DNA of 60,282 nt, filler included, from Porpidia crustulata (lineage: Eukaryota): assembly GCA_964255105.1 (NCBI GenBank). It is 2 parts of 2 records of this genome, joined end to end, with 100 filler letters (N's around TTAATTAATTAA, not from the genome) between each part and the next. Parts side by side here need not be neighbours in the genome. Positions count along the whole stretch, not along the records: positions 1 to 30,231 come from CAXUWE010000021.1; positions 30,332 to 60,282 come from CAXUWE010000022.1. One strand, given 5' to 3'. Each line of letters starts with the position of its first letter. Position 1 is the stretch's first letter. Under the pieces are notes generated by a model, which saw only the letters and a list, made by a program, of their open reading frames with translations, ran no database searches and had not been told where the DNA came from. Below are positions 25,172 to 35,464 of this stretch, piece by piece. Position numbers and translations under genes: made by a program.

Positions 25172-27289
25172 ATGACCATGGCTCTTCCATTACGTTCTCC
25201 AGCACTTCTGTGCTGGGGCCATAGCCCGCGTGTGAGATCCGTAGCGTCACTTTGGCGGAGGGCATTCGCTACAGTCAACGAAGGGCCAAGGTATGTCTTG
25301 GATTCGGGAAACTTCGTCTCCTCATAGGTCCACATATACTCATATTTGACAAATAGAATGTACGATGTGATAGTTATTGGAGGTGGCCACGCCGGAACAG
25401 AAGCTTCAACTGCAGCAGCCAGATCAGGTGCACTTACTGCACTTGTCACCCCTTCGCTTTCAAATCTAGGGGTTTGCTCGTGTAACCCTTCTTTTGGTGG
25501 AATAGGCAAGGGAACAATGATACGCGAAATTGATGCTTTAGATGGGGTTTGCGGAAGAATTGTGGACAAAGCTGGAGTCCATTATCGCATGTTGAACAGA
25601 AAGAAAGGTCCAGCAGTATGGGGACCAAGAGCGCAGATCGACAGAGAACTCTACAAAAGGGAGATGAAGGCTGAGATACTATCTACGAAGAACCTTTCGG
25701 TCTTGGAGGGAAAAGTTGCGGATATTGTACTCAGTGAGAATACGGACGGGAAGCACAAGAGCATAGCAGGTGTTAGATTAGAATCAGGGGACATCTTGCC
25801 GTCAAAAAGGGTGGTCATCACGACTGGAACGTTTCTTGGTGGTGAGATACACATTGGCCTGGATGTTTTCCCCAGTGGGAGAATGGGAGAGGCTGCAACT
25901 TTTGGACTTAGTAAGTCATTGAGGGATGCTGGGTTCGAACTAGGGAGGCTCAAGACAGGGACACCACCCAGACTTGACCGGAAGACTATCGACTTTTCAA
26001 AGTTGGAAATTCAATCTGGCGAAGATCCCCCAGTACCTTTCTCGTATCTCAACAACACTGTGACGGTTCAAGATCAACTCGACTGTTACAGCACGGAGAC
26101 AAATCCGGCTGCTCATGAGATCATCCGAGCCAACTTGGACCAAAGTATACACATCCGTGAGACGGTCAGAGGCCCTCGATATTGTCCTTCCCTTGAATCT
26201 AAGATCATCCGCTTCCAAGACAGGACGCAGCACAAAATCTGGCTTGAACCCGAGGGATTCAGTAGCGATGTGATCTACCCGAATGGAATCTCCATGACAG
26301 TGCCGGCAGCAATCCAAGACCAGATGCTCCGTACAATTGCGGGGCTAGAAAATGTTAAAATGCTTCAACCTGGCTACGGTGTCGAGTACGATTATGTTGA
26401 CCCGCGCAACCTACGCTCGACCTTGGAGACAAAGCTGATCTCAGGCCTTTATCTAGCCGGCCAGATCAACGGGACTACAGGATACGAAGAAGCAGCTGCG
26501 CAGGGAATTGTCGCAGGCATCAACGCCGGTCTTACCGCTCAAGGCAAAGAGCAATTTACCATTAGCAGAGGTGATGGGTACATCGGAATTATGATCGATG
26601 ACCTCGTTACCAAGGGCGTCAGCGAACCATATCGAATGTTCACTTCGCGAAGTGAATATCGCATGAGTGCTCGCGCGGACAATGCAGACCTGCGTCTTAC
26701 AACTAAGGGTAGAATTGCGGGGGTGGTAGGCGACAAGCGCTGGAACCATTTCTCTGACTGTGCCACCCAAATGCGAGATCTGCAGCTGCTCCTTGAGGAT
26801 TGTAAAATGAGTTCGTCTGCATGGGCCGCAAAAGGGTTTCGAATCCGTCAAGATACGACTGCGCGCTCTGCCTATGATCTCTTGCGCCTCACTGGGATTT
26901 CTGTGGATTCGCTGATCGAACACTTACCAGCTATTGCATCATTCGCACCAGCAATTAGGGCACGCGTTGGGATCGAAGGTGTCTACGCTCCATACGTTGA
27001 GCTCCAGAAGGCGATGATCCGAACATTCGAGCGTGATGAGCTTTTGAAATTGCCAACAGATCTAGATTACAGCAAGATACCTGGTCTCAGTACTGAGGAG
27101 AAGACAGTATTGGAGATTGCACGCCCTGAGAGCGTAGGTATGGCGAGAAGATGTGAAGGCGTCACACCCTCAGGTGCTCTAAGGTTGCTGGGCTTCGTGA
27201 ACGGCGCGAAAGAAAAGGAAAGACGGAGGGTTGCATGGGAAGAGATAGATGCCAGGAAAGAACAATACATAGGTTTGAAATATTGTTAG
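25172..27289 (+). CDS. MTO1: Mitochondrial tRNA U34-modifying flavoprotein (GidA/MnmG family)
   Basis: Arg-rich presequence exon, intron ~25291-25356, [52 protein letters not shown]. Confidence 0.96.
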
Positions 27290-28733
27290 CCACGCCACCC
27301 GTCGGTCGAGGTGCAATAATGGTGGACGTGTAGATTAGTGTCGGGCATTACAGGAGTTGTCTTTTCTGCCTACGAAGATCTCTGCCGCCATAGCACTCAC
27401 TGCTCTCGTGGGCATTTGCAACTTATGGCGTTTTCTCCTTCATGAACCCCAGATCTGGAAGTGAGATCCCCGGATCGTACTGGTAGCCGCCGGCCTGTGC
27501 TTTGACGTCTCCTAAGGCCTGAGCTTCTTTGGCGATACCGAAATTCGATGCGCGTATAGGGGAGCTAGTCGGAACCAAATGAATACAGAGTCGCCTTAAG
27601 ATAACATAGGAATATACTCCAAGTAACTATTGGTTTGTCAAGAAACGTCATAGTACAATGGTGGGAAATTCGGCAGAACGTCCCCCCTTTCAGTACAATT
27701 GGAGAAGAAGATCATAATCAAACCATATACAGGAGCAACCAGCAATTGCAATTCTTAGAGATATGCAGGTCCAACGCCACGTCTTTGAATTCTCCTCTGT
27801 ACGATAGGCAGGCTGCAGCGGGATTCGATTGCCTATTGTCAAGTACTATAAAAGCTCATCGAACTCCAAAGCCAGACACAATTCCTTCAATGTATTTTGA
27901 CGAGCCGACAGCACTATCCTGCTTGTCTGTTATCCCATAGAGGCGTAAATGATAGAGCAGACATGGTTCTAGTGAGTCCAAGTACTCCGAAGTACCTTTT
28001 GCGGAGAAGAAAGCTGTTGCAGGACTTTTTGCGGGGAAGTCGGTACTCGCTTGTCGCAATGAGGGTGACGGCCCGCGCTGAGTGCAGGCCAAGTGTGTCT
28101 TCCCGCTCCACTCACCAGATTAATATCAATTATTATTAATTGTTCATTCTGGGCTTGAGTTGCTATTTCCTGCTGTCAGAGATTCCTGTCCTGTCGATCC
28201 CTTTTAGGCCTCTTAGGTAAGACCCATTACGGAAAGTGCTTCCCATGCCGCCATCACATCATAGAGCTGCTCTCTTGCTAACATCACGCTCTTGGCCGGA
28301 CAAACCGAGACTCTCGCTCTTGACACGCTCTGCCGCCTTGACAGCACATTGCACAGCTAAACATCATATTGTTATGTCACGCCTACCCCCCGGGCAAAGC
28401 TTCTTTCGCTCGGGCAAAGTCGCAAGCCGGACAATAATTTGGTACAACGTGCAACTTAACCTCTACCTGCATTGCGCTTTCCCCCATACGTGCCACTATT
28501 GAGTAATATGTACGCGGTCCTACACACGCCTTCACGCACTCTCATATGTGCTTGCAAGTTTCAGATCAGACTACTTAGTCGCTGCGTTTTCCTTGTCACT
28601 TTGCGTTGATTTCGCTTGTTCTCCCGCTCCAATACTCCAGACACACACGTGCTTCAACTGGATTGCTTAACATTCATTACCGCTTCGACCGAGTCAATAC
28701 AAGTAACCTGCTATCCCGCGCGCGTTGTCTGTC

Positions 28734-29270
28734 ATGCCCTCTTCCCCACAAAGAGAGTCAAGTTCCGAAACTATGCACAAGTCAAGCTCGTCTACTGCTG
28801 GGTTAATTCGGGGCCGTTCCAAAGCTACATACTTCCATGGAGGAATCGGCGGTGCGGGCAACTACCATGAGGTTGTAGGGGACAGCGGCGCAGAGCGTGG
28901 CCCGTATCCTCGGACCGCACAGCGCATGTCGAAACTCAATCGCTCCATCACTGCCTTGTTCAGCAGCGGAGCTGGCGGAGCTGGTAATATGCATCAAAGC
29001 TCAGAAGCACAAAACGTGAGGGAGGAGGAAGATCTCGCGCGCACCAGGATACGAGCTTCGCAATATCCGTTGAGATGGTTCGTTGGAATCGGCGGGTCTA
29101 GCAACTATCGAGGGCGTAGGCTAAAATCACCCAGTAGCGACATGTCACTATCATCGACCTCGGAATACAGCACTCAACCGCTACCTGTAGGAGCAGCGGA
29201 CGCCTTGAAGCGAAAGCTCCTGGGTGACAGGTCGCCAAAAGCGATAAAGGATAACCGGAATCAAAGATAA
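28734..29270 (+). CDS. DUF3602-like small protein
   Basis: Three GxGGAGN-type motifs (GGIGGAGN, GAGGAGN, GIGGSSN) and C-terminal GAADALKRKL. Confidence 0.75.
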   Translation: MPSSPQRESSSETMHKSSSSTAGLIRGRSKATYFHGGIGGAGNYHEVVGDSGAERGPYPRTAQRMSKLNRSITALFSSGAGGAGNMHQSSEAQNVREEEDLARTRIRASQYPLRWFVGIGGSSNYRGRRLKSPSSDMSLSSTSEYSTQPLPVGAADALKRKLLGDRSPKAIKDNRNQR

Positions 29271-29859
29271 AAGTAAATTCGAAAAGCGTTGCTACTGGTA
29301 CCTGGTCTGATGGAGTGGCTGGCTTTCCTCCAGCACTTGCTCTCGTTGGTTATGACGCACTTCCGGGTTGGCAGCCACGACGGCCTTGGCTTGCTTGAGC
29401 TACTTTCCACGAAAAGCATCGCATGGGCGGTGTTATGGGGCACCAATATGGCATATAAAATTCATTGCTTGCATTTACAGAAATGGCGTTCTAATGTCTA
29501 CTTCAGCGAGGCATAGCCCACACAATCGCATTGGGAGAAGCAAAATGCACTCTAATTCCTGGGGCGAGCCCATTTGTAAATTAATGCCGGTTCTCGAGAT
29601 ATCTAGCTGCCATCAAAGTTATTGCTTAATGACGTGTTGTTCTGTACCAATTGCACTAGCAACTCCGCATACTATCTCTGCTCTTATACTTTTTGTGTGA
29701 GCTTTGAATGATATAGTCAAAGGTATGCTTAGCCATTGAAGATGTATCGTAAGCAAATTACCAAGTGGCATTGGTCTATGACCATACATAATGAATAGAT
29801 GATTCTATCCTCGAATTTTATTTTTGAATATATATTATAATAAGCACGTTTTAATAAAG

Positions 29860-29931
29860 GCGTTCCTAGTTCAGGGGTTAGAATTCGAGCTTCCCATGCT
29901 CGAGAGCAGGGTTCGAGTCCCTGGGATCGCA
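29860..29931 (+). tRNA. tRNA-Gly(CCC), intronless
   Basis: Cloverleaf: acceptor GCGTTCC/GGATCGC (one T-T mismatch), D-stem GTTC/GAAT, anticodon stem CGAGC-TTCCCAT-GCTCG, T-arm CAGGG-TTCGAGT-CCCTG, discriminator A. AT-rich upstream sequence. Confidence 0.95.
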
Positions 29932-30171
29932 GATTTGATACCTCTTTGCCCCGCAGAGCCAATCGAATAATTCTTTTTTCTGCTCCCCGGAGTCCATTGT
30001 CCACAAGAAACATTATTACACAGGCGGTCTTATACACTGCCCAAGAAATCTCATAATTCTGTTCACGAGTCCATTATCATCGCGAAGCAAACCGCACTCG
30101 TCATCCATCTCTCAAGCCCGAGCATCCCACAGCCAACATTCAAAACTGCAACCAATACCACCACCACAACC

Positions 30172-30215
30172 ATGTCCTCCAAGATCGAAAAGACAATAGC
30201 CCGCCAGAAAGAGAA
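30172..30215 (+). CDS. GET4: First exon of Get4 (GET pathway), truncated by the sequence break
   Basis: MSSKIEKTIARQKEK followed by a GT donor; resembles the N-terminus of filamentous-fungal Get4. The rest is lost at the N-run. Confidence 0.7.
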
Positions 30216-30231
30216 GTCTGCTCCCCTCCCC

Positions 30232-30331
30232 NNNNNNNNNNNNNNNNNNNNNNNNNNNNNNNNNNNNNNNNNNNNTTAATTAATTAANNNNNNNNNNNNN
30301 NNNNNNNNNNNNNNNNNNNNNNNNNNNNNNN
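30232..30331. other. Artificial contig-joining linker (N44-TTAATTAATTAA-N44)
   Basis: Exactly 100 bp, symmetric N runs around a palindrome giving stops in all six frames. GET4 does not resume after it. Confidence 0.95.
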
Positions 30332-30529
30332 GAGTTGGTGGGGTCCAAGGATGAGTGATGAGACGGCGTTGGTGGGGGGTGCTTTTGATACCTGGGTCTG
30401 GTGGTTTTTGCGGTTTCTCTGGAGTGACGCTGCGGGTAAATAATATCAATGTTGTGACTGGGGAAAGTATTTCTAGAGCCTTGGGGCTTTTCTCTCTGGA
30501 TAGGATCAGGATATGGCATGTTGGAAACA

Positions 30530-33499
30530 TTACAGTATTCCGCCAGGGAGTGTCGCTGCGGTCTGAGCCTCTTGTCGTTGGTCAAATAACGTGGTATATT
30601 TCCCCAACAAGTCAAGAATCACTTCCTGCATCGCCTTCTTCTCAAATCCCTCTTTATATCCATCTGTGGAGCTGCCAGTCTCGGTGCCTTCATCCTCTTC
30701 GTCAAAGTAGTCGATCATCTCTTCTTCGGCCGGCTTGTCTTCCTTTACTACCTTATGAAGTAAAAGTTTTGATCTAAAAGACCGTGCTTTTGACAGGGAA
30801 GCCGTGACGTGGCTCATTCTAGAGGGAGTCGAGCTTGCGCTGGAGGCTTGTCCGCCTCCCTTGCGCCAGGCGAATATCCCTCCTTTTGCAGCAACAGTAT
30901 ACGGTGGCAGTGGATCTTCGTCGACTTCCAGTAAGCCAACAGCCCAGTCTACTCTTGATGCAGGATTTGCATGGACAAGTCTTTGGCTGTGCTCGTCACC
31001 GGATAGCTGAACGGGAAGGCTTCCACGAGGGCCATTTTCTTGCTGCTCGAAATATTCGTGCTCAGTCTCGCTTTCAGCCTCTACCTCTGCCTCTACCTCA
31101 GCCTCTGCGTCAGAGTAGTCGATCATCTCTTCGACTGCCCCTTCTTCTTCCAGTATATCATCAAGTGGAGCTTCCGTTGTAGAGGACGGTGCTTTTGACT
31201 GGTAGGGCGGGACGGTGATTGTTTTGGTACTGTAAACTTCGGGATGGTCATAAGGACCCGAGCGTGCGCTACAGGCTTTTACGTCTACCCTTCTGTTGAC
31301 GTTTTGCCTAGCCCTAACGGGTGACTGTATACTGCTTGCTTCAGTCAGAGGGTGTATACCTTTGTCAACCCCCAGCAAGCCAGGAGCCCAGTGCTCTCTT
31401 GACGCCGAATTGGCACGGGCAAAACTTTGATTGTACTCGTGAGGGTCATTTCCTTGCTGCTCGGAATATTTGTGCCAAGACTCGCTTTCAGCCTCTGCGT
31501 TAGAGGATTTTCGGCGTAACACAAACATGACTCTCGAGCCCAATTGCTCGACCAACGAGGAAGAGCTTTCCTCAAGTCCAATACGTCGCTCCAGACCGTT
31601 GAAGATTATAAAAAGGGAATATTTCTGCCAGTCGTCCTCGATATTGTGCCTTTTCAACAGCTCAGGCATCAGTTTACGGAGTGGGTCATGGCCAACCATC
31701 AAGGACTTAAAGACCTCGGTATCGACGGGCTTTGATTTTTCAGGGGCACCAGTACGATTTTCGGACGACGGCTCTTGATGGAGCGATGACTCACCATCAA
31801 GAGATGACTCCCCATCTATAGCTGACTTTTTACCTGTCTGTGCCATGTCGGAAAGCATTGCGAAATCAAAAATATCGACATCATCGGAAGATTCGACAGG
31901 ACCCATTGCTGATTGGTGAAAGTTTTTGATATCAATATGATGATGGAGCGTAGGCTCTGCCATGAATGGAGCTTGTCTTTCTGACACTTCCTGAAATGAT
32001 TCATAATACTCCTCGCCCGTGCTAGTCGTAACAGTTTCACGTTCAGAGTCTTCGTGAAGAGCTTGCATTTTTACCTTGATGGCGTCTAATGTTGCTGTCT
32101 TTCTAGCCGGTTCAGATTTTCTCAAACTCTTTTGCTCTTGAACAACCATTTGAAGGCCCGGTACACCTTGAAACAGGATTTCCCTATGTCGTATATCTAC
32201 TTTGGTCCGTTTAATCGATGCGAGTGAAGCTCCTGGGCCAGTAGTAGAGATTACATTGTTTATGACATTATGCTCATGGAGATGTAACGATTCCATCACT
32301 TCCCATACTGCGGGTATACCCTCCTGTTCGTTCCGAGCCAGCTGTTTGCGTATCTCATCTTGGCTGGTCTTGACAGTACGCAAACTCCAGCTAATCTGAA
32401 TCATATGGGGAAAATCTTGAACATCTGGTTTGAGAAAAAAGAGTCCCAGTTCGTAATCATGTGCTTTATCGCCATCAAAAGCAGACGCTGATCTAAGGGT
32501 TGAGAAATCGATTGATTGATCAATTGATGGTGAAATGGTATTACTTGTAGAATGGTATTGAAATTTCTCAGACGGAAACTCCTGAGCAGTGAGGAGAAGT
32601 CCGTTCATAGCTGACTTTTTAGTCTTCCACAACTCGACCTTCCTCCTAATTTCATCCATCGGGTTCTGATGACTCGGAGACTTCGTTTCCGAGTCCGATA
32701 TCGCAGGTGTCTGGCCTGCTGGATCTTGAGATGACATGGCCATGAATACAGTAGGTTTCAGACCGTTCTGATCTTGGACATTTTTCGAATTCGAGGCCAG
32801 AACGACTTGATTTTCGGAAACAGTCGGTGATACGCTTCTCAAAGTCCTCGTTACAAGTGGACCTCCCCCCTCATTATCATTGATTGACAGGCGACGCTGC
32901 TTCTCGTTTCTGCCAAGATTATTCTGTTGATCCGTCTGCATTGCCAAAATAGCATAGACCATATCTCGTTGTTCGCTCAACTTCATATACCCTGAATTGT
33001 TAAGCTCCGCCATCTGCTTGGACAAGGCCAACGTCGTAAGCTGAAGCATTAACATAAGTGTACCCTTGGCCTCTCTCAAATCGATTCTTAAAACCTCAAT
33101 GCTGGGTTGCAGAAACGGCCATTTGGCTTTCTCCGTCCTCGAAAGCTTGATTTTACCTCCTATGGATCGTGCTTTACTTCGAAGCTGCTCGCTTGCCGTT
33201 CTCGTCGCCTTGTCAATCTCCTCGAATATTGTTTGACACGTACTCGCAGAAGACTTGGTGGTCTCCAAGCCACTGGGGCTGAAGATACTAATACCACTTT
33301 CATCATCCGCAGCCTTCTGTGTCATCAGTTCCCCAAGCTGCTGAAGCACGCCAGATGTAAGGGATACATCATTACCTATGGAGCTGATGCGTTCAGATGC
33401 GGTGCTAATCTGATTTGCGAGTGTGATGAGCTTAATGGAGATTTGAATGCCGGCAGTGGCAATGCTGACGACGGACGCTGCTGCTCCAATCCCATCCAT
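30530..33499 (-). CDS. 989-aa protein: fungal HeLo-like N-terminal domain, Ste50-like Ras-association domain and acidic repeats
   Basis: MDGIGAAASVVSIATAGIQISIKL..KAKWPFLQPSIEVLRIDL (fungal N-terminal helical domain). EVFKSLMV..LLKRHNIEDDWQKYSLFIIFNGLERRIGLEE..MFVLRR resembles the Ste50 RA domain. Intronless and intact. Confidence 0.8.
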   Translation of the reverse strand: MDGIGAAASVVSIATAGIQISIKLITLANQISTASERISSIGNDVSLTSGVLQQLGELMTQKAADDESGISIFSPSGLETTKSSASTCQTIFEEIDKATRTASEQLRSKARSIGGKIKLSRTEKAKWPFLQPSIEVLRIDLREAKGTLMLMLQLTTLALSKQMAELNNSGYMKLSEQRDMVYAILAMQTDQQNNLGRNEKQRRLSINDNEGGGPLVTRTLRSVSPTVSENQVVLASNSKNVQDQNGLKPTVFMAMSSQDPAGQTPAISDSETKSPSHQNPMDEIRRKVELWKTKKSAMNGLLLTAQEFPSEKFQYHSTSNTISPSIDQSIDFSTLRSASAFDGDKAHDYELGLFFLKPDVQDFPHMIQISWSLRTVKTSQDEIRKQLARNEQEGIPAVWEVMESLHLHEHNVINNVISTTGPGASLASIKRTKVDIRHREILFQGVPGLQMVVQEQKSLRKSEPARKTATLDAIKVKMQALHEDSERETVTTSTGEEYYESFQEVSERQAPFMAEPTLHHHIDIKNFHQSAMGPVESSDDVDIFDFAMLSDMAQTGKKSAIDGESSLDGESSLHQEPSSENRTGAPEKSKPVDTEVFKSLMVGHDPLRKLMPELLKRHNIEDDWQKYSLFIIFNGLERRIGLEESSSSLVEQLGSRVMFVLRRKSSNAEAESESWHKYSEQQGNDPHEYNQSFARANSASREHWAPGLLGVDKGIHPLTEASSIQSPVRARQNVNRRVDVKACSARSGPYDHPEVYSTKTITVPPYQSKAPSSTTEAPLDDILEEEGAVEEMIDYSDAEAEVEAEVEAESETEHEYFEQQENGPRGSLPVQLSGDEHSQRLVHANPASRVDWAVGLLEVDEDPLPPYTVAAKGGIFAWRKGGGQASSASSTPSRMSHVTASLSKARSFRSKLLLHKVVKEDKPAEEEMIDYFDEEDEGTETGSSTDGYKEGFEKKAMQEVILDLLGKYTTLFDQRQEAQTAATLPGGIL

Positions 33500-35464
33500 T
33501 GTACAAGATTTGTATATAGTATGATAGCGAAGCCAGATACGATGTAAGTATTTTCAGGACCATCGGCCGGGCAAGAAGGCGAAGATGGAAGAAATTACCA
33601 ATAACACAAAATTGTCAGGAACAGCGCTTTACATTAGAGAATTCCACAGAAAGGCATACAAGAAAGCTAGAGAATGCATTCTGACGACTCTGTTGCGAGG
33701 TCGCAGGTGCAGCCTTGCAGGTCCGTATCGTGAACAGCTTCGATTGCAAACGACAGAAATCTTTGTTTATGTTCTAGCTGCTCACGATACGAAATCTTGA
33801 AGCACGCAACTCCTCTTCATTCCACGGATATAATATATCTACTTCCATCATCAAAGAAGACAGACGTCGCAATGGTTTCCGCGCCCCTCCGCTGAAGGAT
33901 TCCTGACCAATCAGATGGGATCCTCCTACCCGTTATCGTTGAGATACTTTATAATGAATTTACTATCTAGCTAGTCGTGAAACATCAAACTGGATTTATA
34001 TATCAACTATAAACTTTCAGCTTGATGGATCACTCTGCCTTTTACGTCTCTCTCTGACTAGGTTTACGTTCGAACTAAGAGACTGATGAATCGCCTTTCT
34101 TTCCCCATCGTAGATGAGATCTCGTCCTTCCGAAGAAGAGAATCTCCTCCTCTAGTGTCTATGGACATCTGCATAATCCCGTTTGGTTTCAATCAAAGTC
34201 TGTAGGAGTCATCCTTGACTTCTAGTAGCTCTTTGAAAGAGTTTTTGTTCAATAATGCATCATCGTTTGTGACGAGCATTGAATATCAATCTACTCAATT
34301 TGGTAGACTACGCTCTCCTTATTTAGGATATCAATCTAAATAGATTGGGGGAAATTCAAAGACAGAGAGGGCAGGTGGGCTTGGTCTCATTTGGCAGAGA
34401 ATTATGTCGGGAGATGCGAGAACAAGCACGAGGATAATTTTATATTCTATTTATATATTCATTCTTCATATATACTACCTTTGGTAGGGTAGTTATCTCT
34501 ACAGTACCGATAGCAGGTGCGGATGGCTCAATTAGAACTTGCCGCCCTCATTAGGTGAGCTGGATGAGCCAGATTATTCATAACCCACCTCTGGGTACTA
34601 TAAGTAGCTCACCCGCACTGAGTCTCTAATCATCCACTTTTGCTTATGCCTCATAATTGAACAGACCCACTGCATTTTGTGATGGCTGAGACTGTTTCCG
34701 ACCTCCTCCAGAGTTGGTAGGAATCTTCGACCGCCGCCAGCGTTGTGGGAAGTTGAAGACATTGAGTAGGAAACGCATGACGTGGTGTAGCTGATAGCCT
34801 CTTCACGAGCAGCATTTTGCCGCTTTGGTTGTGCCTCTGATTTCCTGGATGGATCGCTGGGACAGAGAAACATTGTAAAGGCGAAACAACGCAGGTCATC
34901 TTTGCCAATTGATACCTTGATGGAGGGAGGAAAATGACGACGTCCCCTGAAGCTCGTTCGCTTGATTACGTACGGCTTCGTAGATAAGGCCGTCGATAAT
35001 TTTCTCGCCCTCGAAGAGGCGGTCCGTGTATATCTTTGCTTATCAAAGCTAATCTATGTATGTGGCAACATTCTAAAAGCTCTTTCGTGTTCAATTTCAA
35101 GGGAGGTTCCGAGTTGGCAACCACAGCAACGAAGGTTTGTGACAAGCTGAGATCAAACCGGGCAGACCTTCAAAGATTATCGATACCACATGGAAGACCT
35201 AGGAGTTTTTTAAGGCTGGAAGAGATTTCGTCTCCCTAGGCTCTCCACAATACTAAGGCATTAGATGTGAAGCGTGACCATGCTTCTGATTGATCGGGAA
35301 ACCAGGTTTCAGTTCTTGAGAAGAGCAGCGCTATTGACGCAAGATACAAATCTGATCGTGAGCGGTCCAAGCGAAGATTGACCTTTGGCGTCAGTATCAA
35401 AATCGATTACTGGTTTTCCTGAAGAGACGTGCAAGACCTGATGTGGACTCGAGCAATTCAATCA

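Noticed and set aside
29860..33499. tRNA-Gly as the insertion site of an accessory island
   Set aside because: GET4 exon 1 and an artificial contig linker lie between them, so the adjacency is not real evidence.
34598..35239. Possible gene fragment downstream of the ABC transporter
   Set aside because: Short broken frames with no identifiable family motif.
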